From Chloroflexota bacterium (GTDB taxonomy: Bacteria; Chloroflexota; UBA6077): 64,000 nucleotides of DNA. Shown here in pieces: positions 29,742-41,361 of this stretch. Under the pieces are notes generated by a model that was given only the letters and a program-made list of their open reading frames with translations, was not told the origin of the DNA and did not search any database. The stretch covers positions 4,303 through 68,302 of the forward strand of contig DAHVXI010000045.1 of NCBI GenBank assembly GCA_027356795.1, in the 5' to 3' direction. The translations under genes were made by a program, and so were the position numbers. The first letter of the stretch is position 1; every line of letters starts with the position of its first letter.

Positions 29742-29767
29742 TAGCTGGCGGCTGATCGCTGATAGCT
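29730..29767. repeat. GCTATCA/TGATAGC heptamer repeat cluster
   Basis: GCTATCAGCTGATAGCTGGCGGCTGATCGCTGATAGCT; similar clusters near 36840-36878, 52427-52480, 54207-54232 and 54310-54342. Confidence 0.65.
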
Positions 29768-29937
29768 ACCTGCTCCGTTTCCTTGCGGCGACCGGTGGGG
29801 AGTTGTAGAATCCCTCGTGACAGAAGGCCAGGTGGGCTTCTTGCCGAGAGCGTGCCGAGGGTAGTATCGTCCCAGGTTGGGGCGGTGAGGTCGGGCGTTC
29901 TAGGGGCGGTCAACCGCTGGACAGCAGCTCCGGAGAT

Positions 29938-30888
29938 ATGCCGACGATACGAGCCATTCGCCCCACGGACTTTGTGTCGCTGATATCCTTCTTCCGTCAC
30001 GATGCCCGCTGCGAAGTGACGGCCCCCATTTGGCCCGACGTATGGGAAGAATCCAACGGCCGTGGTCGCTGGAGCTTCCTATCCAAGCTGATTACACGGG
30101 GCAGCGGCTCCCAGGTCTGGCTCTCCTCGAACGGGGGCCACGTGCGAGGTCTCGCGATCGCCCATCCCAGGGCAGGGAAGCTGGCCTGGGACGTGGAAGA
30201 CCTCTTCGTGGCCGAGAACGATCATTCGGCCGGGGTGGACCTGCTGGAGCACCTGGCCGCGGAAGCGGCACGGCGAGGGGCCAGGAGACTCTTCCTGGTC
30301 ACCCGTGTGGACGGCGACATGGCTCGGATCGCCAGCCACGCCGGCTTCGTGAACTACACGTCCGAGACTCTCTACTCCGCGCGGCTGCCCTCGGCCATCA
30401 GCGACGGCGGACTCCGTCGGGCGCGGCCACGCCTCCGCCAGGACACTCCGGCACTTTTCCAGCTTTACAACGCCGCGGTGCCCTGCAACGTGCGCAGCGC
30501 GGAGGCGATGACCATCGACGAATGGTTGTCGCTGGAGCGGGGGGGCAGGCTGTGGACGCCGAGCCTGGGGGGGAGCCGGCAGCATTTCGTTTGGGAGAGC
30601 GGAAACAGCCTGGCGGGGTGGCTGCACATCACCTTCGGCAACAAGAGCCAGCACCTGGAGTTGCTGGTGCATCCGGGCGAGCGGGCGGCCACCGAGGAGA
30701 TGCTTCTCTATTCCCTGAGCCAGACCAGCACCCGGGCATCGGTCTACGTCACCTTGCGGGATTACCAGCCCGAGCTGGCCTCCCTGCTGGAAGCCCGGGG
30801 CTTCATACCGGCGGCCGACTACCTGGTCTTTGCCCGGCAGCTGGCGGTGCGGGTTCACGGCCGGGCCCTGGTGCCGGCGAGGGCGTAA
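29938..30888 (+). CDS. Tandem GNAT-fold protein
   Basis: Two GNAT-like halves (W.VEDLFV...LLEHL...GF..Y; ...LE.RGF); GGAG SD. Confidence 0.65.
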   Translation: MPTIRAIRPTDFVSLISFFRHDARCEVTAPIWPDVWEESNGRGRWSFLSKLITRGSGSQVWLSSNGGHVRGLAIAHPRAGKLAWDVEDLFVAENDHSAGVDLLEHLAAEAARRGARRLFLVTRVDGDMARIASHAGFVNYTSETLYSARLPSAISDGGLRRARPRLRQDTPALFQLYNAAVPCNVRSAEAMTIDEWLSLERGGRLWTPSLGGSRQHFVWESGNSLAGWLHITFGNKSQHLELLVHPGERAATEEMLLYSLSQTSTRASVYVTLRDYQPELASLLEARGFIPAADYLVFARQLAVRVHGRALVPARA

Positions 30889-31022
30889 CCGGGAGATTTG
30901 GAGTGCGGTGGCCGGCTGGCAAGCTTTATGCGCCTCCCAATCGGGCTGATCGATCGCCCGCTTTCGTCGCTCTGGAGCGACGGGGGCAGCGGGGCAACGC
31001 TGGCCCTTTGAGGTTGAACGGG

Positions 31023-32627
31023 ATGCATATGGAAGAGTTGCATCAAACGACTGCGCAGCAGGCGGTCACGGACGACATCGACGCCCTTCTGGACGCCCTT
31101 CCCCCTCACATCAGCGATCCCCTCAAGGCCGCAGGCAACCGAAGCGCCCTGCTGGAGGTTGTCATGGACCTGGGACGTCCTCCGGAGGCCCGGTTCCCCG
31201 ACGAGGAGACCATCTTGAGCCCCCACGACGTCACCGAGGAGGATCTGGACTACGTTATCGAGCGGATAGGGGCCTTTGGGGACGACAATCGGGCCGGGAT
31301 CGAGCGCACCCTTCACCGCATCTCGGCCATTCGCAACCGCTCCGGCAAGATCATCGGGCTCACCTGCCGGGTGGGGCGGGCCGTCTTCGGGACCATCGCG
31401 GTCATTCGCGACATGGTGGAATCGAGCAGGAGTATCCTGCTGTTGGGCCGCCCCGGCGTTGGCAAGACCACCATGCTGCGGGAGGTGGCCAGGGTGTTGG
31501 CCGACGAGTTCCGCAAGCGAGTGATCATCGTGGACACCTCCAACGAGATCGCCGGTGACGGGGACATCCCGCACCCGGCCATCGGGCGGGCGCGACGGAT
31601 GCAGGTGGTTACCCCCAGCATGCAGCACGCGGTGATGATCGAGGCGGTGGAGAACCACATGCCTGAAGTCATCATCATCGACGAGATCGGTACGGAGCTG
31701 GAAGCTGCCGCGGCTCGCACCATTGCCGAGCGCGGGGTCCAGCTAGTGGGCACGGCCCACGGCAACACCCTGGACAACCTGATGATGAATCCCACCCTCT
31801 CCGACCTGATAGGCGGGATCCAAAGCGTCACCCTGGGCGACGAGGAGGCCAGGCGCAGGGGCACGCAGAAGTCGATCCTGGAGCGGAAGGCTCCGCCCAC
31901 CTTCGACGTGGTGGTGGAGATCATCGATCGGGATCGAGTGGCCGTTCATGCAAGCGTGGCCGAGGTGGTAGACTCCATCCTGCGGGGGAACCCCGTGGTT
32001 CCCGAGGAGCGCTACCGGACGCCGGACGGGGAGGTGCACATCGAGCGACAGCGGGCCCTGCGGCCGGTGCCGGCCGAGCGGGTTGGTGCCGCCCGTCCGT
32101 CGGCGGCCGCGGAGCGGGCCGCGCCGGCTCCGGCTCCCTTCGTGGGACGGCAGAAGGCCGAAGGGAAGCCCGCCCGGATATATCCCTTCGGCATCAGCCG
32201 GGATCGGCTGGAGAACATGATCCACTCGCTCAGGCTTCCCGTGAACATAGTCCGAGATCCCGGTTCCTCGGATGTGGTGCTCACCTCCAAGAACTATTAC
32301 CGGCGGAAGCCCCAGGCTCTTCGGGAGGCCGAGGCGGCGGGGATCCCCGTCTACGTCATCAAGAGCAACACCGACGCCCAGATCGAGGGGGCGCTGATCA
32401 ACATCTTCGAGCTGGAGACGGCCGACCCTACGGCCTACGCCCTCCAGGAGGCCGAGGATGCGGTGTCCCAGGTGCTGGCCAGCAACAAGCCCGTGGAGCT
32501 ATCGCCTCAGAGCGCCTACATCCGCCGGCTGCAGCACCAATTGGCCGAGCAGTACAATCTGGCCAGCCGCAGCAAGGGCAGGGAGCCCTATCGGCGGGTA
32601 AGAATCTTCAAGGCAGAGCAGGAGTAA
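31023..32627 (+). CDS. Ycf45/SpoIIIAA-like AAA ATPase with C-terminal R3H domain
   Basis: [46 protein letters not shown] (R3H). Confidence 0.92.
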   Translation: MHMEELHQTTAQQAVTDDIDALLDALPPHISDPLKAAGNRSALLEVVMDLGRPPEARFPDEETILSPHDVTEEDLDYVIERIGAFGDDNRAGIERTLHRISAIRNRSGKIIGLTCRVGRAVFGTIAVIRDMVESSRSILLLGRPGVGKTTMLREVARVLADEFRKRVIIVDTSNEIAGDGDIPHPAIGRARRMQVVTPSMQHAVMIEAVENHMPEVIIIDEIGTELEAAAARTIAERGVQLVGTAHGNTLDNLMMNPTLSDLIGGIQSVTLGDEEARRRGTQKSILERKAPPTFDVVVEIIDRDRVAVHASVAEVVDSILRGNPVVPEERYRTPDGEVHIERQRALRPVPAERVGAARPSAAAERAAPAPAPFVGRQKAEGKPARIYPFGISRDRLENMIHSLRLPVNIVRDPGSSDVVLTSKNYYRRKPQALREAEAAGIPVYVIKSNTDAQIEGALINIFELETADPTAYALQEAEDAVSQVLASNKPVELSPQSAYIRRLQHQLAEQYNLASRSKGREPYRRVRIFKAEQE

Positions 32628-33290
32628 GTGGGGGCATTTCTGGTTTTCGAGGGCCCGGAGGGTGGCGGGAAGTCCAGCCAGGCCAGGGCGTTGGCCGATC
32701 GGCTCACCGGGGTGGGCTACCCTGTGGTCCTCACTCGGGAGCCCGGCGGCACGCCGCTGGGGGACGCCATCCGGCAGATCCTTCTCCCCGCCACCTCCGT
32801 GGCCATCTCCCCCAGGAGCGAAGTCCTTCTCTATAGCGCCTCGCGGGCGCAGCTGGTGGAGGAGGTAATCTGCCCGTCGCTGGACCAGGGGCAGGTGGTG
32901 GTATCCGATCGCTTCAGCTACTCCACCATCGCCTACCAGGGTTACGGCCGCGGCCTGGGGGTGGAGCCGGTTGCCTCGGTGGTCCGCTTCGCCACCGGCT
33001 CCCTGGAACCCGACCTGATCATCCTGCTGGACCTGGAGCCTCGGGTGGGGCTGGAGAGGAAGCGGGGCGATTTCCTGGCCGGCAGCACCGAGGAGTGGAA
33101 CCGCTTCGAGGAGGAGGAGCTGGCCTTCCACCAGAGGGTGCGGGAGGGCTACCTGGCGATGGCCAAGGCCGACCCGGAGCGTTGGCTGGTGCTGGACGCT
33201 TCATTGCCCTTTGGGACACTTCAAGATAGAATTATGGAGACAGTGTCCATCCTGCTGGACCGTAAGCGGGTGCTGCGGCGGCCGGCGTAG
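32628..33290 (+). CDS. tmk: Thymidylate kinase
   Basis: FEGPEGGGKS, TREPGG, SDRF..ST.AYQG.GRG. Confidence 0.95.
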   Translation: MGAFLVFEGPEGGGKSSQARALADRLTGVGYPVVLTREPGGTPLGDAIRQILLPATSVAISPRSEVLLYSASRAQLVEEVICPSLDQGQVVVSDRFSYSTIAYQGYGRGLGVEPVASVVRFATGSLEPDLIILLDLEPRVGLERKRGDFLAGSTEEWNRFEEEELAFHQRVREGYLAMAKADPERWLVLDASLPFGTLQDRIMETVSILLDRKRVLRRPA

Positions 33291-33305
33291 CGACGGGAGG
33301 AGAGG

Positions 33306-33635
33306 ATGAAGCTGGTCGTGGCCATCGTGCAGAGGGAGGATGCCGGCACCCTTATCGATGCGCTCACGGAGAAGGGATATCGGGCCACCCGGATCAATAC
33401 CGCCGGCGGCTTTCTGAAGGAGGGGAACGCCACGGTCCTGGTAGGGGTTGAGGACCCGGCGGTCGATGAAGTTCTCTCCCTGGTGGAAGCCAGCTGCAAC
33501 ACTCGGACCCAGTACATCAACCCTCTCCCGCCGGTAATGGAGCCTGGCGAGTTCTACATGCCGTATCCCGTTGAGGTGCAGGTAGGCGGAGCCACGGTCT
33601 TTGTCCTGAACGTGGAGCGCTGCGAGCGGCTCTAG
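33306..33635 (+). CDS. darA: Cyclic-di-AMP receptor, PII-like (DarA/PstA)
   Basis: MKLVVAIVQ..D, TAGGFLKEGNAT, VGGATVFV; adjacent to tmk as in Firmicutes. Confidence 0.92.
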   Translation: MKLVVAIVQREDAGTLIDALTEKGYRATRINTAGGFLKEGNATVLVGVEDPAVDEVLSLVEASCNTRTQYINPLPPVMEPGEFYMPYPVEVQVGGATVFVLNVERCERL

Positions 33636-33773
33636 GGAGACCCCATTCTTCCCTCTCCCTTTGGGAGAGGCGTGGACCGGCCACAGGGCAGGTCCGCGGG
33701 GTGAGGGCTGAAGTCTGGCCTCGAGCCCCATAGCCTCTGCTTATCCCCTTTCCGTTGCGTAGAGAGGATCAGC

Positions 33774-34505
33774 TTGACCGGAACGGTTCTCAATGTGTCC
33801 ACGGTCCTGCTGGGTGGGACCGTGGGGGCGCTTGTTGGCGAGCGGCTGCCGGATCGCTTCAGGGAGACGGCGCTGCACGCCATAGGCCTGATGACCCTTC
33901 TAATAGGCTTCCAAATGGCGCTCGGCACTCGGAGCGCCATCATCGTGCTTGGAAGCGTTGTGATCGGAGCCCTTCTCGGCGAGGCGGCAGGGATCGACGA
34001 TGGCCTGAAAGCCCTGGGCGATTGGGTGGAGGCGAAGGTTCAAGAGATTAGCGCTGGCGCGAATCGTGCAACAGTTGCAGGGGGACGAGGCAAAGGTGAG
34101 TCCCTCTTCAGCAAGGGTTTCGTTACCGCTAGTCTCGTGTTCTGCGTCGGCCCCATGACCATTCTAGGTTCCTTTCAGGATGGCCTCACCGGCGTCTACG
34201 ACACACTGGCGGTGAAATCCGTGCTTGATGGATTCACGGCAGTGGCACTGGCATCCTCCCTTGGATGGGGGGTGGTTCTCTCCTCCGCTGTGGTGCTGGT
34301 CTATCAGGGCGCGTTGACCCTGGGTGCGGTATGGGCGAAACCCCTCCTTTCTGAGTCCGTGGTGACAGAAATGACGGCCGCCGGTGGGCTCCTCATCGTG
34401 GGTATCGGGCTGAACATCCTGGGAATCACCAAGATCCGGGTCGCCAACATGTTGCCTGCTCTGGTGATAGCCCCGCTGCTGGTGGCGCTAGTAGGCCCCA
34501 GGTAG
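33774..34505 (+). CDS. DUF554 membrane protein
   Basis: GTVLN, GFVTASLVFCVGPMTILGS, KSVLDG, IRVANMLPAL. Confidence 0.9.
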   Translation: MTGTVLNVSTVLLGGTVGALVGERLPDRFRETALHAIGLMTLLIGFQMALGTRSAIIVLGSVVIGALLGEAAGIDDGLKALGDWVEAKVQEISAGANRATVAGGRGKGESLFSKGFVTASLVFCVGPMTILGSFQDGLTGVYDTLAVKSVLDGFTAVALASSLGWGVVLSSAVVLVYQGALTLGAVWAKPLLSESVVTEMTAAGGLLIVGIGLNILGITKIRVANMLPALVIAPLLVALVGPR

Positions 34506-34529
34506 AACCTTGGAACGTGGGAGTAGCCG

Positions 34530-36173
34530 ATGACCAAGTACATTTTCGTCACGGGTGGTGTGGTGTCCTCGGTGGGAAAGGGGATCACCGTTGCCTCGTT
34601 GGGCCGGATCCTGAAAAGCCGCGGCATTACCGTCTCCGTCCAGAAGCTGGATCCCTACATCAACGTCGACCCGGGCACCATGAGCCCCTTCCAGCACGGA
34701 GAGGTGTTCGTCACCGACGACGGTGCCGAGACCGATCTGGACCTCGGCCACTACGAGCGGTTCATCGACGTGAGCCTCACCCGTGCCAGCAACGTCACCT
34801 CCGGCCAGATCTACAAGAGCGTCATCGGTCGGGAGCGTCGCGGAGATTTCCTCGGTGGCACCATCCAGGTGATCCCCCACATAACCAACGAGATCAAGGA
34901 GCGGATCACCCGGGTTGCGAAGCAGACGGGCGCCCAGGTGGTCATCGTCGAGGTAGGGGGCACGGTGGGCGACATCGAGAGCCTGCCCTTCATGGAGGCG
35001 ATCAGGCAGATGCGGCGGGACGTCGGGGAGGACAACGCCCTGTACATCCACCTGACGCTGCTCCCCTACATCGGCTCGACCCACGAGTTGAAGACCAAGC
35101 CCACGCAGCATTCGGTCAAGGAGCTTCGGGGCATCGGCATCCAGCCCGACGTGATCGTGTGCCGGTCCGACTACCCGGTTAGCGACGAGCTGAAGGAGAA
35201 GATCGCCCTCTTCTGCAACGTGGAGAAGCGGGCGGTGGTTCCCCTGGAGACCGTTCCCAGCATCTACCAGGTCCCCCTGATCCTGGAGGAGGCCGGGCTG
35301 GGCGATTTCGTGGTGGAGCGGCTGGGGTTGCCCGATCGCAAGGCCGAGCTGGCCGAGTGGCAGGCAATGGTGGAGGGGAGCCAGCAGCTCAAGGACGAGA
35401 TAATAGTGGGGGTGGTCGGCAAGTACGTGGGGCTGCACGACTCCTACCTGAGCGTCAAGGAGGCCCTCTTCCACGCCGGCCTTCACGAGAACCGGCGGGT
35501 GCGCCTCGTCTGGATCGACTCGGAGGATCTGGAGCGGGAGGGGGACGACCGCCTCAAGGAGTTGAACGGCATCGTGGTGCCGGGCGGTTTTGGGTATCGA
35601 GGAGTCGAGGGGATGATCCAGGCCGCTCGCTACGCCCGCGAGCACGACATCCCCTACTTCGGGCTGTGCCTGGGCATGCAGATCATGGTGATAGAGCTGG
35701 CCCGGTACGTGCTGGGTACCTCCGAGCCGAACAGCACCGAGTTCAACATGTTCAGCGGCCATCCGGTGATAGACCTGCTGCCGGAGCAGAGGGATGTGGG
35801 GGATAAGGGAGGCACCATGCGGCTTGGCCAGTACCCCTGCCAGTTGATCCCCGGCACCAGGGCCGGCGATGCCTACAACACCAACAACATCATCTTCGAG
35901 CGTCACCGGCACCGCTACGAGTTCAACAACGATTACCGGGAGTTGCTGGGGGTTGCCGGCCTGGTCTTCAGCGGCCTCTCCCCCGATGGCCGCTTGGTGG
36001 AGATCTCGGAGTTGGCCGGGCATCCCTGGATGCTGGGCACCCAGTTCCACCCGGAGTTCAAGTCGAGGCCGAACCGGCCTCATCCCCTGTTCGCCGCCTT
36101 CATTCGCGCCTGCAAGGTTAGCCTCCGAGAGGGCGACCAGAGGCCGTTGCCCCTCGAGAGAACGATAAGCTGA
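34530..36173 (+). CDS. pyrG: CTP synthase
   Basis: [51 protein letters not shown]. Confidence 0.98.
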   Translation: MTKYIFVTGGVVSSVGKGITVASLGRILKSRGITVSVQKLDPYINVDPGTMSPFQHGEVFVTDDGAETDLDLGHYERFIDVSLTRASNVTSGQIYKSVIGRERRGDFLGGTIQVIPHITNEIKERITRVAKQTGAQVVIVEVGGTVGDIESLPFMEAIRQMRRDVGEDNALYIHLTLLPYIGSTHELKTKPTQHSVKELRGIGIQPDVIVCRSDYPVSDELKEKIALFCNVEKRAVVPLETVPSIYQVPLILEEAGLGDFVVERLGLPDRKAELAEWQAMVEGSQQLKDEIIVGVVGKYVGLHDSYLSVKEALFHAGLHENRRVRLVWIDSEDLEREGDDRLKELNGIVVPGGFGYRGVEGMIQAARYAREHDIPYFGLCLGMQIMVIELARYVLGTSEPNSTEFNMFSGHPVIDLLPEQRDVGDKGGTMRLGQYPCQLIPGTRAGDAYNTNNIIFERHRHRYEFNNDYRELLGVAGLVFSGLSPDGRLVEISELAGHPWMLGTQFHPEFKSRPNRPHPLFAAFIRACKVSLREGDQRPLPLERTIS

Positions 36174-36187
36174 GGAGAGTTCAAGCG

Positions 36188-36835
36188 ATGGAGCTGTTCG
36201 TTGACACGGCCGACATCAAGGAGATTGAGGAGGCCGTTGGCTGGGGAATAATCAGCGGCTGTACCACCAATCCTACCCTGGTGTCGGTGCAGGGCAAGGT
36301 GGACTTCAAGGGCCACATCCAGCGGATCTGCGAGTTGGTCCAGGGTCCGGTTAGCGCCGAGGTTGTGAGCCTGGATGCCGAGAGCATGATCAAAGAGGCC
36401 CGGAATATCGCCACCTGGTCCCCCCACGTGGTGATCAAGATCCCCATGACCTGGGAAGGGATCAAGGCCACCAAGGCCCTCTCCCGAGAGGGCATCAAGA
36501 CCAACGTGACCCTGGTGTTCTCCCCCAATCAGGCGCTGCTGGCTGGTCTGGCGGGAGCCACCTACGTTAGCCCCTTCCTGGGCCGACTGGACGACGCCGG
36601 CCACGATGGCATGGCGGTCGTCGGCGAGATAGTGGAGGTCTTCCGGAAGAGCGGCATCACCACGAAGGTGCTGGCCGCCAGCATCCGGCATCCCCTCCAC
36701 GTGGTCCAGGCCGCCAAGATCGGGGCCGACGTGGCTACGGTGCCTTTCAAGGTCCTGAAGCAGATGGTCAAGCACCCGCTCACCGACGTTGGGATCGAGC
36801 GGTTCCTCAGCGATTGGAAGAAGGTAACCGGTTAA
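36188..36835 (+). CDS. tal: Transaldolase / fructose-6-phosphate aldolase family
   Basis: [42 protein letters not shown]. Confidence 0.93.
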   Translation: MELFVDTADIKEIEEAVGWGIISGCTTNPTLVSVQGKVDFKGHIQRICELVQGPVSAEVVSLDAESMIKEARNIATWSPHVVIKIPMTWEGIKATKALSREGIKTNVTLVFSPNQALLAGLAGATYVSPFLGRLDDAGHDGMAVVGEIVEVFRKSGITTKVLAASIRHPLHVVQAAKIGADVATVPFKVLKQMVKHPLTDVGIERFLSDWKKVTG

Positions 36836-37012
36836 GCCACCAGCTATCAGTCTGAAGGAGAGGCTGATAGCTGTTAGCTTCTGGATATGTACGGCAGGGG
36901 ATAAATCCCTGCCGCCCGGCCCTGCCGTCGCTCGGGGGCGGCGGGGGACAAGCCCCCGCCCTACGTCATGGATTTGCCGCACGCACCACTCAATTGAATA
37001 GGGAGGTTGTTC

Positions 37013-38005
37013 ATGGGCCAGCCCATAGGTCGCAACCTTGGTTTCGACTTGGTGCGGGTCACCGAGTCGGCGGCGCTGTCGGCGGCTCGATGGCAGGGAC
37101 GCGGGGACAAGAACGCCGTGGACCGGGCCGCCGTGGAGGCGATGCGCTACGTACTGCAGTGGGTACCCATGGATGGAGTGGTCGTGATCGGCGAGGGGGA
37201 GAAGGACGAGGCCCCCATGCTGTACATCGGCGAGCAGATCGGAACAGGGGTCTCGCCCAGGGTGGACGTGGCGGTAGACCCGGTGGATGGCACTACCCTC
37301 ACCTCCAAAGGGCTCCCCAACGCTGTCTCCGTAGTGGCCCTCGCTTCCCGAGGAAGCATGTTCTACGCTCCCGGCATCGTGTACATGGAGAAGATCGCCG
37401 TGGGCCCCGAGGCCAAAGGCTGCATCCACCTGGACGCCCCCGTGGCCGAGAACATCAGGTGCGTCGCCCAGGCCAAGGGTCTTCAGCCATCGGAGGTCAC
37501 GGTGGTGATCCTGGATCGCCCCAGGCACGAGCAGTTGATTCGGGAGGTGAGGGATGCCGGCGCCCGGATCAAGCTGATCAGCGACGGCGACGTGGCCGGC
37601 GTCATCATGGCGGCGATGGACGGTACCGGCGCCGACATCCTGATGGGGATCGGCGGCTCGCCCGAGGCGGTGATCGCGGCCTGCGCTCTGAAGTGCATGT
37701 GCGGAGAGATCCAGTGCCGGATCTATCCTCGGAACGAGGAGGAGCGACGGCAGGCGATCGCGGCAGGCCACGATCCCGCCAAGATCCTGACCACCGACGA
37801 TCTGGTCAGCGACGACGACGTTTTCTTTGCCCTCACAGGGGTTACGGGCGGAGAGTTGGTACGCGGGGTGCGGTATACCTCTCGCGGGGCGGAGACGGAG
37901 ACGCTAATGATGCGCTCTCGCTCCGGCACAATCCGCAGGATCGAGTCAAGCCACAACTTTGATAAGCTGATGAAGATCACCAGCGTTCCCTATCAAAAGC
38001 CTTGA
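37013..38005 (+). CDS. glpX: Fructose-1,6-bisphosphatase class II
   Basis: RVTESAA, VIGEGEKDEAPML, DPVDGT, YMEK, DRPRH, DGDV. Confidence 0.96.
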   Translation: MGQPIGRNLGFDLVRVTESAALSAARWQGRGDKNAVDRAAVEAMRYVLQWVPMDGVVVIGEGEKDEAPMLYIGEQIGTGVSPRVDVAVDPVDGTTLTSKGLPNAVSVVALASRGSMFYAPGIVYMEKIAVGPEAKGCIHLDAPVAENIRCVAQAKGLQPSEVTVVILDRPRHEQLIREVRDAGARIKLISDGDVAGVIMAAMDGTGADILMGIGGSPEAVIAACALKCMCGEIQCRIYPRNEEERRQAIAAGHDPAKILTTDDLVSDDDVFFALTGVTGGELVRGVRYTSRGAETETLMMRSRSGTIRRIESSHNFDKLMKITSVPYQKP

Positions 38006-38031
38006 CAATGTTCTTAGTCGACTGCTATGCT
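38002..38031 (+). promoter_or_regulatory. Sigma70 promoter of rho followed by ~230-nt leader
   Basis: TTGACA(38002-38007)-N18-TATGCT(38026-38031) with TGn extension. Confidence 0.7.
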
Positions 38032-38270
38032 CCAAGCTGGATAGTCAGGAAGTTCATCACACATGCCTCTAAAGTAGGGACCATACAGTTATCCTCGGAG
38101 ACTGTTCCCCGCAAGTGGGCGACAGACGATATACCGCCTGGGATCCCATTTTACCCCACAGCACGTTGTTTTCCACCGAATCTTGGCGAGCTGACACCGG
38201 CCACGCTGGGCAGGCAGCACGAGGTGCCTAGGACCATCGATGGTTGGGCGTGTCCGAATCGGAGTGAGTC

Positions 38271-39518
38271 GTGAACATAGCTGAACTTGAGACGAAGACC
38301 AGAGACGAACTTCAGGAGATGGCCAAGGAACTGGGCATCGCTGGTGTCAGTACGCTGCGCAAGCAGGATCTGATCTTCCGGTTGTTGCAGGCCCAGACGG
38401 AGCAGCAGGGCAATATCTTCCGCGGCGGCGTCTTGGAGATCGTTGAGGATGGGTTTGGCTTCTTGCGGCAGGAGAGATACCTTCCGGGCAGCAACGACGT
38501 GTACGTCTCCCAGTCCCAGATCCGGAGGTTCGGCCTGCGCACCGGCGACATGATCACCGGGCAGGTGCGGCCTCCCAAGGACAGTGAGAAGTACTACGGC
38601 CTGCTGCGGGTCGAGGCGGTCAACAGTCTCGATCCGGAAGTGGCCAAGAAGCGACCTCACTTCGATACCCTGACGGCCATCTTCCCCCGAGAGATGATCA
38701 ACCTCGAGACCGAGTCCAAGAACCTGACCCAGAGGCTGATAAACCTGGTGGCGCCCATCGGCCGGGGGCAGCGGGGGCTCATCGTGTCGCCGCCCAAGGC
38801 CGGAAAGACCACCATCCTGAAGCACATCGCCAACGGGATCACCAGCAACTACTCGGACGTCCATATGATGGTGCTGCTCATCGGCGAGCGCCCGGAGGAA
38901 GTCACCGACATGAAGCGCTCCGTCAGGGGAGAGGTGATCAGCTCCACCTTCGACGAGCCGGTGGAGGACCACACCACCGTGGCGGAGATGGCTCTCAACC
39001 GGGCCAAGCGGCTGGTGGAGTGCGGACGGGACGTGGTGATCCTGCTGGATAGCATCACCCGTCTGGCCAGGGCCTATAACCTGGCGATGCCACCCAGCGG
39101 GCGCACCCTCTCCGGTGGTATCGATCCCATCGCCCTCTACCCGCCGAAGCGCTTCTTCGGCGCCGCCAGAAACATCGAGGAGGGCGGGAGCCTCACCGTC
39201 ATCGCTACCTGCCTGGTGGACACGGGCAGCCGGATGGACGACGTGATCTACGAGGAGTTCAAGGGCACCGGCAACATGGAGCTGCACCTGGACCGCAAGA
39301 TCGCCGAGCGGCGCACCTTCCCGGCCATCGATGTGGCGAGGTCCGGTACCCGCCGCGAGGAGCTGCTGCTGGACGAGTGGACCCTGAAGCAGGTGTGGAC
39401 CATGCGCCGGATGCTGACGGCCATCGGTACCACCGAGGGGGTCGAGCTGGTGCTCTCCCGGATGTCCAAAACGGGCAACAACAAGGAGTTCCTATCCACC
39501 CTCACCAAGGATGTCTGA
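38271..39518 (+). CDS. rho: Transcription termination factor Rho
   Basis: [53 protein letters not shown]. Confidence 0.98.
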   Translation: MNIAELETKTRDELQEMAKELGIAGVSTLRKQDLIFRLLQAQTEQQGNIFRGGVLEIVEDGFGFLRQERYLPGSNDVYVSQSQIRRFGLRTGDMITGQVRPPKDSEKYYGLLRVEAVNSLDPEVAKKRPHFDTLTAIFPREMINLETESKNLTQRLINLVAPIGRGQRGLIVSPPKAGKTTILKHIANGITSNYSDVHMMVLLIGERPEEVTDMKRSVRGEVISSTFDEPVEDHTTVAEMALNRAKRLVECGRDVVILLDSITRLARAYNLAMPPSGRTLSGGIDPIALYPPKRFFGAARNIEEGGSLTVIATCLVDTGSRMDDVIYEEFKGTGNMELHLDRKIAERRTFPAIDVARSGTRREELLLDEWTLKQVWTMRRMLTAIGTTEGVELVLSRMSKTGNNKEFLSTLTKDV

Positions 39519-39804
39519 GGGATACACCGGCGTAGGCGCGGCCTCCTGTTCGCGATCACCATCTGCAGGCGCGATCTCCCGCTCGCGATCGCCGGCAGGA
39601 GCCGGCTCCTACGTTCCAGACGCGGGTGCGGGGCGCCACCCCGGCGCCTCCCACCCGGCCTTTCCTACTCTCTTTCTTCTTCCGCACGGTGAATTGCATA
39701 TCGAGAGGAGATAGGGCCGGCTCGGCAGGAACCTGCCGAGCTTTACCCCCGGCCAAGTTCTGGTTGTAGCCGGCTGGAGGGTTGCGCCCCGACCTTGAGT
39801 AGTA

Positions 39805-41040
39805 ATGCAGTTGCAGGTTCCTTCCGGACGAGCGGCCGAGCTGTTCGAGTACCTTCGCCCGGCAGCCACTTGGATTCAATCGTGCCTGGATCGGGCCTCT
39901 AGGATCCCGAGCCGGGTCGACCTCCCATCGGCATGGCCATCGCTTCGGCTGCGGCTCGACTCCGCCACGGTTCTCCTCAAGGCCCGCCTCCCCGTCGGGC
40001 TGGGCGAGGCGAAGCATCTCTCTCTCCTGCAGCATCTGGCCGTCTTTTCCCTGGTGGTCGCTTCGGTGCTGGCGGCCCAGTCGGGCTCCTTTGCCCGGAG
40101 GGGGAACTCCCTGCCGGCGTTCCCCCTCCGGGAGCAGTTTCGGCCCGATCTGCTGATCTCCCAGCCCCTGCCCTTGCCCGCGGCGGCCTCCAAGACCGCC
40201 ACCAACGCGGCCGGTGACTCCGCTGCACAGGCAAAGGACTCCGCGTCGCTCGCAGCCGCCACGGCGTTGCCGGACCAGCGGCAGCCTTCGGGCGAGAGCT
40301 CCAGGCCCAGGACTCCCATCAAGTACAGGGTGGCGCCGGGGGACACGCCCGGCGAGATCGCCGAGCGGTTCGGCATCAGCACCGACACCGTCCTGCAGGC
40401 CAACAACCTGACCAACCCTGAGGGGCTGCAGATCGGGGAGGAGCTGCTGATCCTGCCGGTATCCGGGGTTATGCACACGGTGACCAGTGGGGACAACGTC
40501 CACGATCTGGCGGTTCTGTACGGGGTCACTCCGGAGAGCATAGCGGAGTTCAACCAGTTGGCGGACCCGAACTCCCTCCAGATGGGGGACAAGCTGGTGG
40601 TGCCGGGAGGGAAGATCCAGGTGGTTCGGGCCAGCGGCAGCAGCCGGGGAGGCCGCCCGGCGGCCACCGCCTCGGCCAGCGGCTCCGTCCGTTGGCCGGC
40701 CGGCGGCAGCATCACCCAGTACTTCGGGGAAAACGGCCACACCGGCATCGACTTGGCCAACGGCGCCGGAAGCCCCGTGTACGCGGCCGACGGTGGAGTT
40801 GTGGTGACGGCCCTGAAGCTGGGCTACGGCTACGGATGGCATCTGGTGATCGACCACGGGAACGGCTACAAGACCCTCTACGCCCACCTCAGCGCCTTCT
40901 TCGCAGACTACGGCGAGCGGGTCAACAAGGGCGACCGGATCGGCTCCGTGGGCAGCACCGGCCTCAGCACCGGTCCACACCTCCACTTCGAGCTGTTTCA
41001 GGACGGGACCCGTGTGAACCCCCTGAAGTTCTTGCCCTAA
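39805..41040 (+). CDS. LysM-LysM-M23 peptidoglycan endopeptidase
   Basis: Two LysM repeats; HTGID, YAHL, STGPHLHFE; start uncertain. Confidence 0.9.
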   Translation: MQLQVPSGRAAELFEYLRPAATWIQSCLDRASRIPSRVDLPSAWPSLRLRLDSATVLLKARLPVGLGEAKHLSLLQHLAVFSLVVASVLAAQSGSFARRGNSLPAFPLREQFRPDLLISQPLPLPAAASKTATNAAGDSAAQAKDSASLAAATALPDQRQPSGESSRPRTPIKYRVAPGDTPGEIAERFGISTDTVLQANNLTNPEGLQIGEELLILPVSGVMHTVTSGDNVHDLAVLYGVTPESIAEFNQLADPNSLQMGDKLVVPGGKIQVVRASGSSRGGRPAATASASGSVRWPAGGSITQYFGENGHTGIDLANGAGSPVYAADGGVVVTALKLGYGYGWHLVIDHGNGYKTLYAHLSAFFADYGERVNKGDRIGSVGSTGLSTGPHLHFELFQDGTRVNPLKFLP

Positions 41041-41231
41041 CCAGGCCTTGTAGGCGCGACGCCTCGAAGATCGCCTCGCACTCCTTCGCCGATGTCCAGG
41101 ATCTCCGCTCCCGGCCGCTGGCACCGGCCGTAGTCCTCCACAACAGAAGCCAACTCTCTCGTTCGACCGAAGCCGCTGTCATTAGGGTAGAAGACGATGG
41201 AGAAGCATTTATCATAAATAGACTCACTAAG

Positions 41232-41260
41232 TTGACAAGAGACGGCCAGCCCTGTACCAT
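41232..41260 (+). promoter_or_regulatory. Sigma70 promoter
   Basis: TTGACA-N17-TACCAT; palindrome ATTTAT-C-ATAAAT just upstream (41207-41219). Confidence 0.65.
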
Positions 41261-41361
41261 GCGGAAGAGCCTGGGTCCGGCTCCGCCGGGGTTTTGGACA
41301 TGTCTAGCAGCGCCGCACCCTGTCCACGGGCCGGGTGAGGATTGAAACAGGGGAGGACTCG

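Noticed and set aside
41041..41210. Short minus-strand ORFs after the M23 gene
   Set aside because: No recognisable motif or convincing start; cannot be supported.
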